A stretch of 64,000 nucleotides of DNA from a bacterium (lineage in GTDB: Bacteria > Zhuqueibacterota > Zhuqueibacteria > Residuimicrobiales > Krinioviventaceae): positions 3,264,001-3,328,000 of the forward strand of contig CAXXMD010000003.1 in assembly GCA_963675755.2 (NCBI GenBank), read 5' to 3'. Made by a program: the position numbers and the translations under genes. Below the pieces are notes generated by a model. The model was not told where the DNA came from, did no database searches, and saw only the letters and a list, made by a program, of their open reading frames with translations. Shown piece after piece: positions 36,972-47,036 of this stretch. Within the stretch, counting starts at the first letter, position 1. Each line of letters starts with the position of its first letter.

Positions 36972-37796
36972 ATGAAAACGCTCAGCCAGATTATTAACTA
37001 TGCATTACCTGCATTATACTTTTTTGTTGTAATAGTTTATTACCAAATTTTTAAATTTCAAAAACGTGATCTTGAAAAATACACTGTTCCTTTATTACTG
37101 GTGTTACTTTTATTTGATGGGTTTAGCATTGTTTCCCGCATTATTGCTCTCAAATTAATGCCTCTGAGTACAATATTTGACGCATTTTCTCTTTTATCCT
37201 TTTGTGTTATTTTTGTGTATTTGATTATTGAAACTACTATAAAAAACAAATCCACGGGTTTGTTTCTTGTGAGTTTTGCGTTTGTATTTAAAACCATTGC
37301 CGCATTTCATTTTAAATGGAATGCAAAAAGCAGTGCTATTTTGTCTGATCCTACCTTTGCTGTTCATGCATCATTAACCATTTGTGGATATACTGCTCTT
37401 ACCGTTTCAGCAATTTATGCGGTATTGTATATGGTGCAGGAACACAATATGAAAAAAAAGAAGTTTGATGTTGTGTCTTTACAGTTACCTCCGTTGGCTT
37501 ATTTGGAAAGTATGAGTATTCGTTCTGTTACAATTGGAATACTTGTTATTGGTATTGGGTTAGGATTGGGGCATATACAAGCATATAAAATGTTTGGGAA
37601 ATTCTGGCTTCCTGATCCCAAAATTATTATATCAGATTTGATTTTTATCTTTTATTTTGGTGGATATATAATTAATAAATTTTTGAAATTGAACAGCAAA
37701 TGGATGGCAAGGTTTTCACTGTTGGGATACATTATTTTACTGGCAAGTGCGATTTCGGTGGTAACGATATCAAATTCGTTTCATAATTTTTATTAG
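36972..37796 (+). CDS. CcsA/HemX-like cytochrome c assembly family membrane protein
   Basis: About 8 TM segments; VHASL..GY, LY.VQE..MK.K..LPPL..LE and W..DPK motifs; first gene of the hem operon. Confidence 0.8.
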   Translation: MKTLSQIINYALPALYFFVVIVYYQIFKFQKRDLEKYTVPLLLVLLLFDGFSIVSRIIALKLMPLSTIFDAFSLLSFCVIFVYLIIETTIKNKSTGLFLVSFAFVFKTIAAFHFKWNAKSSAILSDPTFAVHASLTICGYTALTVSAIYAVLYMVQEHNMKKKKFDVVSLQLPPLAYLESMSIRSVTIGILVIGIGLGLGHIQAYKMFGKFWLPDPKIIISDLIFIFYFGGYIINKFLKLNSKWMARFSLLGYIILLASAISVVTISNSFHNFY

Positions 37797-37804
37797 AGTA
37801 TAAT

Positions 37805-39085
37805 ATGAATTTAGAAAAAGTCCCGTTTGCAATAATTGGGCTTTCACATCATACAGCACCGGTTCAGGTGCGAGAAGAAGTAGCTCTGAATGTAGAAGAT
37901 CAAAAGATTACATTAGAGTATTTGAAAAAATCCGATTATACACAAGGCTGCATTGTTTTATCAACCTGTAACCGGACTGAAATTTATCTAAGTAGTGAAA
38001 ATATTGAGCAATCTGTACTCGATTTTAAAGATTGGTTCAGTAATTATAAACAGTGTGATTATTTCAATAATGCAGAATATACCTATGTTCATATTGGTGT
38101 AAAAGCAGTTGAACATTTTTTCAAAGTTATCTCGAGTCTTGATTCGCAGATTGTAGGAGAAACACAGATTACCGGTCAGGTTAAAGAAGCATATAATCTG
38201 GCATTGGAAATGCATGCTACCGATTCTTTGATTAATAAAATTTTCAACTTTGGTATTCAGGCGCAAAAAGATGTTCGAAACAGTACCTATTTATGTGCCG
38301 GCGCCGTTTCAATTAGTTTTGCGGGTGTTGAACTTGCTGAAAAGATCTTTAACAAACTTGAAGATAAAAAAGTTCTACTTTTTGGAGCCGGTGAGACTGC
38401 GGAGCTAGCCGCGGACCATTTTTCTAAAAAAGGGGTAAAGCAATTTCATGTGATTAACCGGACCTATGAAAAGGCGGAATCACTGGCTAAAATTTTAAAC
38501 GGAAAAGCATTTTCTCTAGATCAAATGGATGATGCGTTTGATGGTGTAGATATTGTCATTTCTGCTACGTCGAGCACAGAGTATGTCATTACTTTTGATT
38601 ATATTAAACAGTTGGGTAAAAAACGGCGTAATACTCCGTTATTTTTAATCGACCTGGCAATCCCCCGTGATATTGATCCTGCGATTGAAAAGCTGCAAGG
38701 TGTTTATCTCTATAACCTGGATGATCTGCAAGAGATCGTCAAGATCAATACCAGTAAACGCACCAAAGAAATTCCCAAAGCTTTAAAAGCGATTGATGAT
38801 GTTATGCAGGACTGGATAGAATGGTATGGAACCTACTCTTTGTCTTCTACCATTGGTAAGCTGAAAAACTATTTCGAACAGGTTTGCACCAATGAAATCA
38901 ATCGGGCTTTGAAAGCTATACCTGAAGACTCTACGGATCCTTGTGATTTTGATGTTCTAAAAACCAACCTGATAAACAAACTGGTTCGTCAGCATATTAA
39001 ATTGCTGAAAAAAACAAATGGAAATCCTGATTACCAACAAACCCATATAAATCTAATACACGATCTGTTTGAACTGGAAAAGTAA
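37805..39085 (+). CDS. hemA: glutamyl-tRNA reductase
   Basis: GLSHHTAPV..RE, STCNRTE, SLDS..VGE.QI.GQVK, GAGE, NRT, DLAIPRDI. Confidence 0.96.
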   Translation: MNLEKVPFAIIGLSHHTAPVQVREEVALNVEDQKITLEYLKKSDYTQGCIVLSTCNRTEIYLSSENIEQSVLDFKDWFSNYKQCDYFNNAEYTYVHIGVKAVEHFFKVISSLDSQIVGETQITGQVKEAYNLALEMHATDSLINKIFNFGIQAQKDVRNSTYLCAGAVSISFAGVELAEKIFNKLEDKKVLLFGAGETAELAADHFSKKGVKQFHVINRTYEKAESLAKILNGKAFSLDQMDDAFDGVDIVISATSSTEYVITFDYIKQLGKKRRNTPLFLIDLAIPRDIDPAIEKLQGVYLYNLDDLQEIVKINTSKRTKEIPKALKAIDDVMQDWIEWYGTYSLSSTIGKLKNYFEQVCTNEINRALKAIPEDSTDPCDFDVLKTNLINKLVRQHIKLLKKTNGNPDYQQTHINLIHDLFELEK

Positions 39086-39087
39086 AT

Positions 39088-40011
39088 ATGAGCAAGATTA
39101 TACGAATTGGAACCCGCGGCAGTCAATTGGCTTTATGGCAAGCCAATTTTGTGCAGAGTGAATTGGAAAGAAATAATCCCGATGTTTCATTTGAGCGTGT
39201 TATCATCAAAACAACAGGTGATCGCGACCAAAAATCATCCCTAACTCAGATCGGCGGGCAGGGTGTTTTTACCAAAACCATTGAAGATGCCCTGTTGAAT
39301 AAAGAGATTGATGTTGCTGTGCACAGTCTTAAAGATCTTCCATCTCAAGAGACGCCGGGTCTTGTATTGGGTGCTGTACCACAACGTGGATTTGTTGAGG
39401 ATGTGCTTGTAACCGAAAATGGCTCCACATTGAAGCAGCTTGACCAGGGTGCAAAAATAGCTACAGGCAGTATTCGCCGGCAATCGCAATTGCTTGCTTT
39501 GCGACCGGATCTGGAAATCAGAGATCTGCGTGGTAATATCGACACGCGTTTGCGTAAATTGACAAAAGAGGGGCTGGATGCAATCATTATGGCAAAAGCG
39601 GCAATTGTGCGTTTAGAGCTGAACCAAGTAAAGTATAGTGAATTTAATGTGGATGATATGGTGCCGAGTGTAAGCCAGGGTGCTATTGGTATTCAAATCC
39701 ATCAAGATGATCAAGATACATTGTCGGCTATTCATAAAATGAATCATGCGCCTACATTTCAGGCTGTAATGGCTGAACGATCATTACTGCGTACGCTGGA
39801 TAGTGGGTGTCAGTTCCCGGTTGGGGCTTTTGCCCAGGTTATAAGTGACGAAGTTTTGGATATTATTGGGTATGTGGGAAGTGTTGACGGTAAAACAATT
39901 ATCAAGGAGAGACTGACCGGCAGTCCCGAACAAGCTGAATTGTTGGGAGAAAGACTGGCTGAAATATTAATTGATAAAGGTGCAAAGGATGTATTGAAGG
40001 AATTGTCCTGA
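39088..40011 (+). CDS. hemC: hydroxymethylbilane synthase (porphobilinogen deaminase)
   Basis: IGTRGSQLALWQA, G.FTK, AVHSLKDLP, LRGNIDTRL, GC..P. Confidence 0.97.
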   Translation: MSKIIRIGTRGSQLALWQANFVQSELERNNPDVSFERVIIKTTGDRDQKSSLTQIGGQGVFTKTIEDALLNKEIDVAVHSLKDLPSQETPGLVLGAVPQRGFVEDVLVTENGSTLKQLDQGAKIATGSIRRQSQLLALRPDLEIRDLRGNIDTRLRKLTKEGLDAIIMAKAAIVRLELNQVKYSEFNVDDMVPSVSQGAIGIQIHQDDQDTLSAIHKMNHAPTFQAVMAERSLLRTLDSGCQFPVGAFAQVISDEVLDIIGYVGSVDGKTIIKERLTGSPEQAELLGERLAEILIDKGAKDVLKELS

Positions 40012-40781
40012 TGGGCGATATTCTGGCAAATAAAATTATATTAATTACCCGGAGTGCTGTTGAAGCTGCTGATATCATTCAGGCGGTAAAAGATAAAGGC
40101 GGCAAGACAGTTGTTTTTCCGACAATACAAATTTGCCCCCCGGATGATTGGGCGGATTCAGATTCTGCAATTACATCCTTGAATCAATTTGACTGGCTTG
40201 TCTTTACCAGTAAAAACAGTGTAGATGCTTTTTTGTCCCGTGTGAATGAAATTGGTCATACATTGGGAAATATTCAAATTGCCGCAATAGGTTCCAAAAC
40301 CGCCAAACATTTGATTGAACGTGGAATGGAAATTCAGCTACAGCCGGATTCCTTTACTGCAACTGATCTGGTGAAAGCCTTTAAAAAAATGGATATGTCC
40401 GGAAAACGTGTGTTGGTACCGGTATCTGATATTGCCAGAACCGAGCTAACCGATGGTTTGACTGAACAGGGCGCAATGGTAGAACGAATCGTGGTTTACA
40501 AAACCTGCAAAACTGAACCGGAAAATCTGGACCAGGTAAAGTCCATGATTAACAAGGATTCTATTGATTGTTTTACATTTTTCAGTCCTTCGGCGTTTGA
40601 CAATTTTTCAAGCTTGTTGGGAGACGAAATAATGGAAGGTTTGAAAAGAAAACAGCCCCCTATGGCTGTAATTGGACCGACAACTGCAAATGCAGTACGA
40701 TCTGCAGGATTTTTTAAAATTATTCAAGCGAAAAACAGTACATCGACTGATTTGATAAATGCTCTACTTGGTTACTACTAA
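40011..40781 (+). CDS. hemD: uroporphyrinogen-III synthase
   Basis: ILITR, FPTI, WLVFTSKN, AAIGSKTA, VYKT, TFFSPSA, IGPTTA. Confidence 0.93.
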   Translation: MGDILANKIILITRSAVEAADIIQAVKDKGGKTVVFPTIQICPPDDWADSDSAITSLNQFDWLVFTSKNSVDAFLSRVNEIGHTLGNIQIAAIGSKTAKHLIERGMEIQLQPDSFTATDLVKAFKKMDMSGKRVLVPVSDIARTELTDGLTEQGAMVERIVVYKTCKTEPENLDQVKSMINKDSIDCFTFFSPSAFDNFSSLLGDEIMEGLKRKQPPMAVIGPTTANAVRSAGFFKIIQAKNSTSTDLINALLGYY

Positions 40782-40799
40782 TTTAATGGAGTTGTATAC

Positions 40800-41843
40800 A
40801 TGTCACAATCCTTTTTATATATTGATGCAATACAAAAAAAGCCTATTGATAGAACCCCCATTTGGATTATGCGGCAAGCGGGGAGATATCTGCCCGAATA
40901 TATGAAGGTCCGTGAAAAATATGATTTTTTAACGGTTTGTAAAACCCCTGAAATTGCCGCCGAGGTTACCTTGCAGCCCATTCGTCGGTTTGGATTTGAT
41001 GCATCAATCTTGTTTTCTGATATTCTTGTTATTCCGGAAGCCATGGGCCAAAATCTGGAATTTCTGGAAAATCATGGTCCCCAGCTTTCTCCGCAAATAC
41101 TGGATGAAAAAGAGTTTGAGAAATTGTCTACAAGAGAACTCGAGGGAAAACTGGATTATGTTGCACAGGCCATCAAGGTGATCAATTCAGAATTACCCGC
41201 GGATGTGCCTCTGATTGGTTTCAGCGGCTCTCCGTTTACCCTGGCTACTTATATGATTGAAGGGAAACCTACCCGGAATTTTAAATTTATCAAACAATTG
41301 ATCTTTAGTAATCCCAATTTTGTGCATCGGTTATTAACGTTGTTAACAGAAGCGGTGACCCGTTATCTGGAAATGCAGATACGGGCAGGTGTTAAAGCAG
41401 TACAATTGTTTGACACCTGGGGTGGAATTTTGCCCGTTCATCTTTACAATTCTTTTTCCGGCAAGTATATGAAAAATATAGTAAATCGATTGAAACATTT
41501 TGATGTACCTTTTGTTTTATTCAGTAAAGGCGGCGTTGAAATATTGCGCCAGTTAACAGACAGTGATGCTGACATGTTGGGTGTAGATTGGATGACAGAC
41601 CTTGCACATGCAAAAAAACTTGTTGATGGAAAAATCGCTTTGCAGGGAAATCTTGATCCTACTGCCTTGTATGGAGATAAAGAAATAATAAAGAATGAAA
41701 TTCAACATATTTTAAATATTATTGGCAAAGATTCGGGTCACGTTTTTAATCTGGGACATGGAATTTTACCGGATATACCGGTTGACAATGTTGCTTTTAT
41801 GGTAGACCAGGTGCGTGAACAGAGTATGAAAATCAGAGCATAG
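40800..41843 (+). CDS. hemE: uroporphyrinogen decarboxylase
   Basis: PIWIMRQAGRYLPEY, ILFSDILV, IGFSGSPFTLA.Y, LQGNLDP, FNLGHG. Confidence 0.97.
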   Translation: MSQSFLYIDAIQKKPIDRTPIWIMRQAGRYLPEYMKVREKYDFLTVCKTPEIAAEVTLQPIRRFGFDASILFSDILVIPEAMGQNLEFLENHGPQLSPQILDEKEFEKLSTRELEGKLDYVAQAIKVINSELPADVPLIGFSGSPFTLATYMIEGKPTRNFKFIKQLIFSNPNFVHRLLTLLTEAVTRYLEMQIRAGVKAVQLFDTWGGILPVHLYNSFSGKYMKNIVNRLKHFDVPFVLFSKGGVEILRQLTDSDADMLGVDWMTDLAHAKKLVDGKIALQGNLDPTALYGDKEIIKNEIQHILNIIGKDSGHVFNLGHGILPDIPVDNVAFMVDQVREQSMKIRA

Positions 41844-41855
41844 ACAGGCCCCCTT

Positions 41856-43247
41856 ATGAATAATCAGAAAATTAAAGTTGATCTCGATTTGATCAAAAAA
41901 TATGATCAGCCGGGTCCCCGTTATACCAGTTATCCTACCGCGCCATATTTTCATGACGGGATAACCGAAAAAGAGTATTTGCAGCATATTGACAGTGATG
42001 ATAAATCCTATGCTGTGCGCGATATATCCTTGTACTTTCATATCCCTTTTTGTAACAGCTTGTGTTATTTTTGTGGATGTAACTCTTTTGTAACCAAAAA
42101 GCCGGGTGTAATGGAGCAATATATTGATTATCTAGAAAAAGAGATTAGAATGATTGCCGAGCGGCTGGGGCAAGACCGGCAGGTAGCCCAATTACATTGG
42201 GGTGGCGGTACACCCACTTATTTATCTCCGGATATGATAAAGCGATTGGGTGATACAATTCACAAATATTTTAACTTTAAGGATGACGCAGAAGTTGGCG
42301 TTGAAATCGATCCGCGTGGACTGACCCGTGATCATTTCAAAGCACTCTATGAAGCAGGATTTAATCGCAGCAGCATGGGCGTGCAGGATTTTGATCCACA
42401 GGTGCAGGAAGCGGTCCACCGCATTCAGCCTGAAGAAATAACCATGCAGGCGCTGAAATGGGCCCAGGAATTTGAATTTGAAAGCATGAATGTTGATTTG
42501 ATGTATGGTTTGCCGTTCCAAACCGTAGATAAATTTTCGGAAACCATTGATAAAGTCATTAAAATGGACCCTGATCGTCTGGCGGTCTTTAATTATGCGC
42601 ATTTACCGAATATTATGAGACATCAGCGCGTTATTAAAGAAGAGACGTTGCCCAAACCCGAGGTGAAACTGCAATTGCTGAAAATGACCATTGAAAAATT
42701 ATCAGACGCAGGATATGTTTACATTGGTATGGATCATTTTGCAAAACCGGATGATGAGCTGACAATAGCCATGCATGAAGGTACCCTTTATCGGAATTTT
42801 CAGGGATATTCTACACATGCTGGTTTGGATCTGTTTGCCATGGGTATGTCGAGTATCAGCATGATGTCTGAACTGTATGTACAAAATTACAAGACTCTGG
42901 AAGATTATTACAAACCCCTCGATGAAGGCAAATTACCTGTTATGCGCGGTTATCAATTAAACTCTGACGATATATTGCGCAGAGATGTAATAACCGATCT
43001 GATGTGCAATTTTAAACTTGAAAAATCCAAGGTTGAGAAAAAGTATGACATCCGGTTCGATGACTATTTTGCAGATGCACTGGAAGACCTGATTTCTTTT
43101 GAACAGGACGAGCTGGTAAAGCTGGAAGCTGATAAAATTACCGTATTACCACAGGGACGGTTGTTGATTCGAAATATAGCAATGAAATTTGATTATTATC
43201 TGAGACAAAAAACAAACGATAAACCTCAATATTCGAGAACGGTATAA
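41856..43247 (+). CDS. hemN: oxygen-independent coproporphyrinogen III oxidase (radical SAM)
   Basis: GPRYTSYPTA, YFHIPFC.SLCYFCGC, HWGGGTP, YIGMDHFA, RNFQGYST (true HemN, not HemW). Confidence 0.96.
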   Translation: MNNQKIKVDLDLIKKYDQPGPRYTSYPTAPYFHDGITEKEYLQHIDSDDKSYAVRDISLYFHIPFCNSLCYFCGCNSFVTKKPGVMEQYIDYLEKEIRMIAERLGQDRQVAQLHWGGGTPTYLSPDMIKRLGDTIHKYFNFKDDAEVGVEIDPRGLTRDHFKALYEAGFNRSSMGVQDFDPQVQEAVHRIQPEEITMQALKWAQEFEFESMNVDLMYGLPFQTVDKFSETIDKVIKMDPDRLAVFNYAHLPNIMRHQRVIKEETLPKPEVKLQLLKMTIEKLSDAGYVYIGMDHFAKPDDELTIAMHEGTLYRNFQGYSTHAGLDLFAMGMSSISMMSELYVQNYKTLEDYYKPLDEGKLPVMRGYQLNSDDILRRDVITDLMCNFKLEKSKVEKKYDIRFDDYFADALEDLISFEQDELVKLEADKITVLPQGRLLIRNIAMKFDYYLRQKTNDKPQYSRTV

Positions 43248-43249
43248 TC

Positions 43250-44212
43250 ATGCCTACTGCAGTTTTGTTATGCAATATGGGTGGCCCTGATTCATTGGAT
43301 GATGTGCAGCCCTATCTTGAAAACATTTTCATGGATCCGGATATTATTGATATTCCGCTTTCAGGAAAATGGAGAACCGTATTTGCCAGGTATCTCGCCA
43401 AAAAACGAGCTCCCAAATCCACAAAAATATTTGAGCATATGGGTGGCAGCAGCCCATTGCTGGAAATTACTCAAAAACAAGCGGACGGGCTTGCCGAAAG
43501 GTTAAGCAAATTGGGTAAAGATTGCAAGGTTTACCCTGCAATGCGTTACTGGCATCCCTTAATACCGGATGTTTGGCAGCAGGTTGCAAAGCAAGATTAT
43601 AAAAAAATAGTTGTAATATCGCTTTTTTCTTATTATTCTACTGCTACCGCAGGATCCATACAACGCTTGCTTTTAGAGGTTACCGGTAAATATCCGGTAA
43701 ATGCTGATGTCTATTATATTGATCGGTTTGGCAATCATCCTGAATTTATACACGCCATGGCAAAGCAAATGAAACAATTTATTGGTCATGAGAACAATCA
43801 GCAGGATGTTCATATTTTATTAAGCGCTCACAGCATTCCCCAGAGCCGGGTAGAAAAAGGCGATCCTTATCAGGATGAGATTGAAGAGGCCGTGGGACAG
43901 TTGCGAGATGAATTGCCGGAAAATTATAAATTACATATATCTTATCAAAGCAAGATTGGTCCTGTCAAGTGGCTCGAGCCGGCAACATCTGAAAAGATTG
44001 TGGAATTGGCAGAGCAGGGAGTACAAAAATTGTGGGTTTATCCGCTTGGATTTACAGCGGACAATTCGGAAACCATTTATGAAATTGGTTCTCTTTATCA
44101 TGATCTGGCAAAAGAGCATGGTATTCAAGAGTATATCCGTATTCCGGCATTGAATGATGATAATGGATTCATTGCCGCGTTAGAACGGATAATAATTGAC
44201 CATATTGACTAA
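43250..44212 (+). CDS. hemH: ferrochelatase
   Basis: LCNMGGP, GG.SPL, AMRYWHP, SAHSIP, GDPY, YQSKIGP..WL.P, F.ADNSET.YE. Confidence 0.95.
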   Translation: MPTAVLLCNMGGPDSLDDVQPYLENIFMDPDIIDIPLSGKWRTVFARYLAKKRAPKSTKIFEHMGGSSPLLEITQKQADGLAERLSKLGKDCKVYPAMRYWHPLIPDVWQQVAKQDYKKIVVISLFSYYSTATAGSIQRLLLEVTGKYPVNADVYYIDRFGNHPEFIHAMAKQMKQFIGHENNQQDVHILLSAHSIPQSRVEKGDPYQDEIEEAVGQLRDELPENYKLHISYQSKIGPVKWLEPATSEKIVELAEQGVQKLWVYPLGFTADNSETIYEIGSLYHDLAKEHGIQEYIRIPALNDDNGFIAALERIIIDHID

Positions 44213-44244
44213 AAACGGGTTAAATAAAACCAGGCAGGGTTAAA

Positions 44245-45612
44245 ATGAGTAAAACTGTAGCAGTAATCGGCGCCGGTATTTCAGGACTATGTACTTCATT
44301 CTGGCTGCATCAGAATGGTTATGATGTAACCGTATTGGAAAAACTGGACCGTGTGGGCGGATCTATTATTTCTGAAAAAAAAGATGGATTTGTTATCGAT
44401 CTGGGACCCAATACCGCCCTTGAAACCTCTGAGACTTTGAAAGAGCTGATCAAAGATCTGGGGATTGAAGATAAAAAAATATATGGCAGTTACGAAGCCA
44501 ATAACCGGTACATTGTTCGAAATGGACAATTGCACCCTCTTGCCATGTCTCCGCTCAAGTTTTTAAAATCGAAATTGTTTTCTACAAAAGCCAAAATCCG
44601 TTTAATGCGGGAACCGTTTATCAAAAAGATAGAGGCAGAAGATATCTCCTTGTCTGATTTTGTTAAATATCGACTTGGGCAGGAATTTCTGGATTATGCA
44701 ATAAATCCCTTTGTTGCGGGTGTTTATGCCGGTGATCCCGATAATTTGAGCACCCCTGCGGGTTTTCCAAAACTTTGGGCGCTGGAACAAAAATATGGCT
44801 CGTTTATTAAAGGAGCTGTTATAGGTGCCAGAGAACGAAAAAAACGCAAAGAGGTTGCCAAAGACCGCGCCAAGATGTTTTCTTTTGAAAACGGATTGCA
44901 ATTCTTTACTGATACCATGGCTGAAAAAGTGGGTGGTGTGCAAACCGGTGTGGATATTCAAAAATTAGAAAAGAACGGTACCGGCTGGAATATTACCTAT
45001 GTACAAAATGGAGAGACCCAAACAAAATCGTTTGATAATGTTGTAATCTCTACCCAAACGGATTCTATTGCACAGTTTGTAAACGACCTTTCATCTGAAG
45101 CATCTGAAGCATTCAAGAATATTTACTATCCACCGGTTACCCTGATATTTATGGGATTTAAAAAAGAGCAGATTGGCAGACCGTTGGATGGATTTGGTTT
45201 TCTGGTGCCTAAAATTGAAAACCGCAAGATATTGGGAACATTGTGGAGCTCGGTAATCTTTCCGGATCGTGCTCCTGAAGGACATGCCGCATTAACAACG
45301 TTTGTTGGCGGCACACGGCAACCTGAAATGACAGATCTGTCTGATGAAGAATTGGAAGCAGTTGTTCTGCAAGAACTGGGTGACCTGATGCAGATTAGCG
45401 GCAAGCCGGTTATTACACGAATGTTGAAATGGCCGCGTGCAATCCCGCAATATACCATGGGCTATATGAAGATCAAAGCCATGTTTGATGAACTGGAACA
45501 AAAGAATCCCGGTCTTTACTTTGCTACTAACGCGCGTCGTGGAATCAGTGTGGGCGACAGCGTATTGTGTGCGAGAGATACGTTTGAAAAAATGACCGGT
45601 ACAAAAGCGTAA
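44245..45612 (+). CDS. hemY: HemY-type FAD protoporphyrinogen oxidase
   Basis: [10 protein letters not shown]...[26 protein letters not shown]. Confidence 0.92.
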   Translation: MSKTVAVIGAGISGLCTSFWLHQNGYDVTVLEKLDRVGGSIISEKKDGFVIDLGPNTALETSETLKELIKDLGIEDKKIYGSYEANNRYIVRNGQLHPLAMSPLKFLKSKLFSTKAKIRLMREPFIKKIEAEDISLSDFVKYRLGQEFLDYAINPFVAGVYAGDPDNLSTPAGFPKLWALEQKYGSFIKGAVIGARERKKRKEVAKDRAKMFSFENGLQFFTDTMAEKVGGVQTGVDIQKLEKNGTGWNITYVQNGETQTKSFDNVVISTQTDSIAQFVNDLSSEASEAFKNIYYPPVTLIFMGFKKEQIGRPLDGFGFLVPKIENRKILGTLWSSVIFPDRAPEGHAALTTFVGGTRQPEMTDLSDEELEAVVLQELGDLMQISGKPVITRMLKWPRAIPQYTMGYMKIKAMFDELEQKNPGLYFATNARRGISVGDSVLCARDTFEKMTGTKA

Positions 45613-45646
45613 GAATATATTTTCTATAAATGTGGAAAGGATGACC

Positions 45647-46621
45647 ATGTATACACCCTATTATCGTCCAAGAAGATTAAGACGTAATGAAAATATCCGC
45701 AGAATGGTACGTGAAAATTTTGTGAGTGTTGATGATTTATTATACCCGCTTTTTGTGGTTGAAGGCAAAGGGATTAAAAACGAGATTAAATCCATGCCCG
45801 GTAACTATCAAATGTCTATTGATGAATTGGTCAAAGAAGTAAAAGAAATTCACTCTATGGGTATTCTATCCATTATGCTGTTTGGAATTCCCGCTGAAAA
45901 AGATGCTGTGGGTAGTGATGCTACCTGTGATACCGGCATTATCCAGCGTGCGGTGAGAGAAGTGAAATCCGCAGTGCCTGATATGTATCTGGTAACCGAT
46001 GTATGTTTTTGCGAGTATACCGACCATGGCCATTGCGGTCCAATCGTTGACAATGATGTGGATAATGATGCTACGCTTGCACTGCTGGGCGAACAGGTGA
46101 TCACGCACGCCAAAGCCGGTGCAGATATGGTTGCGCCCTCGGGCATGATGGACGGTATGATTGGCGCTATTCGCGGTGCATTGGACGGAGAAGGTTTCAG
46201 TCAGATTCCGGTTATGAGTTATGCTGCCAAATACGCATCCGCTTTTTATGGCCCGTTTCGGGATGCGGCGGATTCGGCACCGCAATTTGGTGACCGACGT
46301 TCGTACCAGATGGACCCGGCAAATGCGAGAGAGGCCCTGAAGGAAGTGGAACTGGATATTGAAGAAGGCGCCGATATTGTAATGGTAAAACCGGCATTAT
46401 CTTACTTGGATATTATTTCTGCCGTGCGCGCAACCACCAATCTCCCTGTAGCCGCATATAATGTGAGTGGCGAGTTTTCCATGGTCAAAGCCGCAGCCGC
46501 AAACGGTTGGATAGATGAACAGCGTGTAGCAATGGAAATGCTGTTGTCAATGAAACGAGCGGGCGCTGATATTATTTTAACCTATTTCGCCAAAGATGTT
46601 GCCAAATGGTTGAACGCTTGA
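45647..46621 (+). CDS. hemB: porphobilinogen synthase (ALA dehydratase, Zn-type)
   Basis: [53 protein letters not shown]. Confidence 0.97.
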   Translation: MYTPYYRPRRLRRNENIRRMVRENFVSVDDLLYPLFVVEGKGIKNEIKSMPGNYQMSIDELVKEVKEIHSMGILSIMLFGIPAEKDAVGSDATCDTGIIQRAVREVKSAVPDMYLVTDVCFCEYTDHGHCGPIVDNDVDNDATLALLGEQVITHAKAGADMVAPSGMMDGMIGAIRGALDGEGFSQIPVMSYAAKYASAFYGPFRDAADSAPQFGDRRSYQMDPANAREALKEVELDIEEGADIVMVKPALSYLDIISAVRATTNLPVAAYNVSGEFSMVKAAAANGWIDEQRVAMEMLLSMKRAGADIILTYFAKDVAKWLNA

Positions 46622-46649
46622 TTTTAAAATAGATAATTAAAGATAAAAA

Positions 46650-46752
46650 CTGATTGTGACGCTTGTACGTCACGGGATACTATGTGGAACATGTGTACCG
46701 GACTCAAGTCCGGTAATATATCCCGCAGGGCATAAATATACCCTGCGATCAG
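46650..46752. repeat. multi-hairpin intergenic repeat, copy A1
   Basis: CTGATTG...CGATCAG ends; hairpins GTGACG/CGTCAC, ACCGGAC/GTCCGGT, CGCAGGG/CCCTGCG. Direct repeat of 46902-47003. Confidence 0.85.
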
Positions 46753-46773
46753 GTATATATTAAATCGAGACAA

Positions 46774-46829
46774 CGATCGTGATGCATATCCATGCATCAC
46801 GGGATATTACCCGGGATATATATCCCGAG
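46774..46829. repeat. partial copy of the multi-hairpin repeat
   Basis: GATCGTGATGCATATCCATGCATCACGGGATAT... matches the left end of the A units, followed by CGGGATATATATCCCG. Confidence 0.7.
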
Positions 46830-46842
46830 CAAAAGACTTTTA

Positions 46843-46899
46843 CTCCGTCCGAAACTCTTGTTTCGGACGGAACTGAAACCCAAAACTCTGTTTTGGTTC
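46843..46899. repeat. REP-like double hairpin (AAACTCT(T)GTTT loop type)
   Basis: CCGTCCGAAAC-TCTT-GTTTCGGACGG followed by CCAAAAC-TCT-GTTTTGG. Confidence 0.7.
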
Positions 46900-46901
46900 A
46901 T

Positions 46902-47003
46902 CTGATCGTGATACTTGTGCGTCATGGGATAATGTGTGGGATATGTGTACCTGACTAAAGTCCGGTATTATATTCCGCAGGGCATAAATATACCCTGCGA
47001 TCA
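46902..47003. repeat. multi-hairpin intergenic repeat, copy A2
   Basis: Colinear with A1; the terminal CCGCAGGGCATAAATATACCCTGCGATCA is identical. Confidence 0.85.
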
Positions 47004-47036
47004 TTGCTGAAAAGAGATTAAAAATTGGAGAAACAT

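Noticed and set aside
46650-47003. CRISPR array
   Set aside because: Units are about 100 bp, only two full copies, internally multi-hairpin, with no regular unique spacers and no cas genes.
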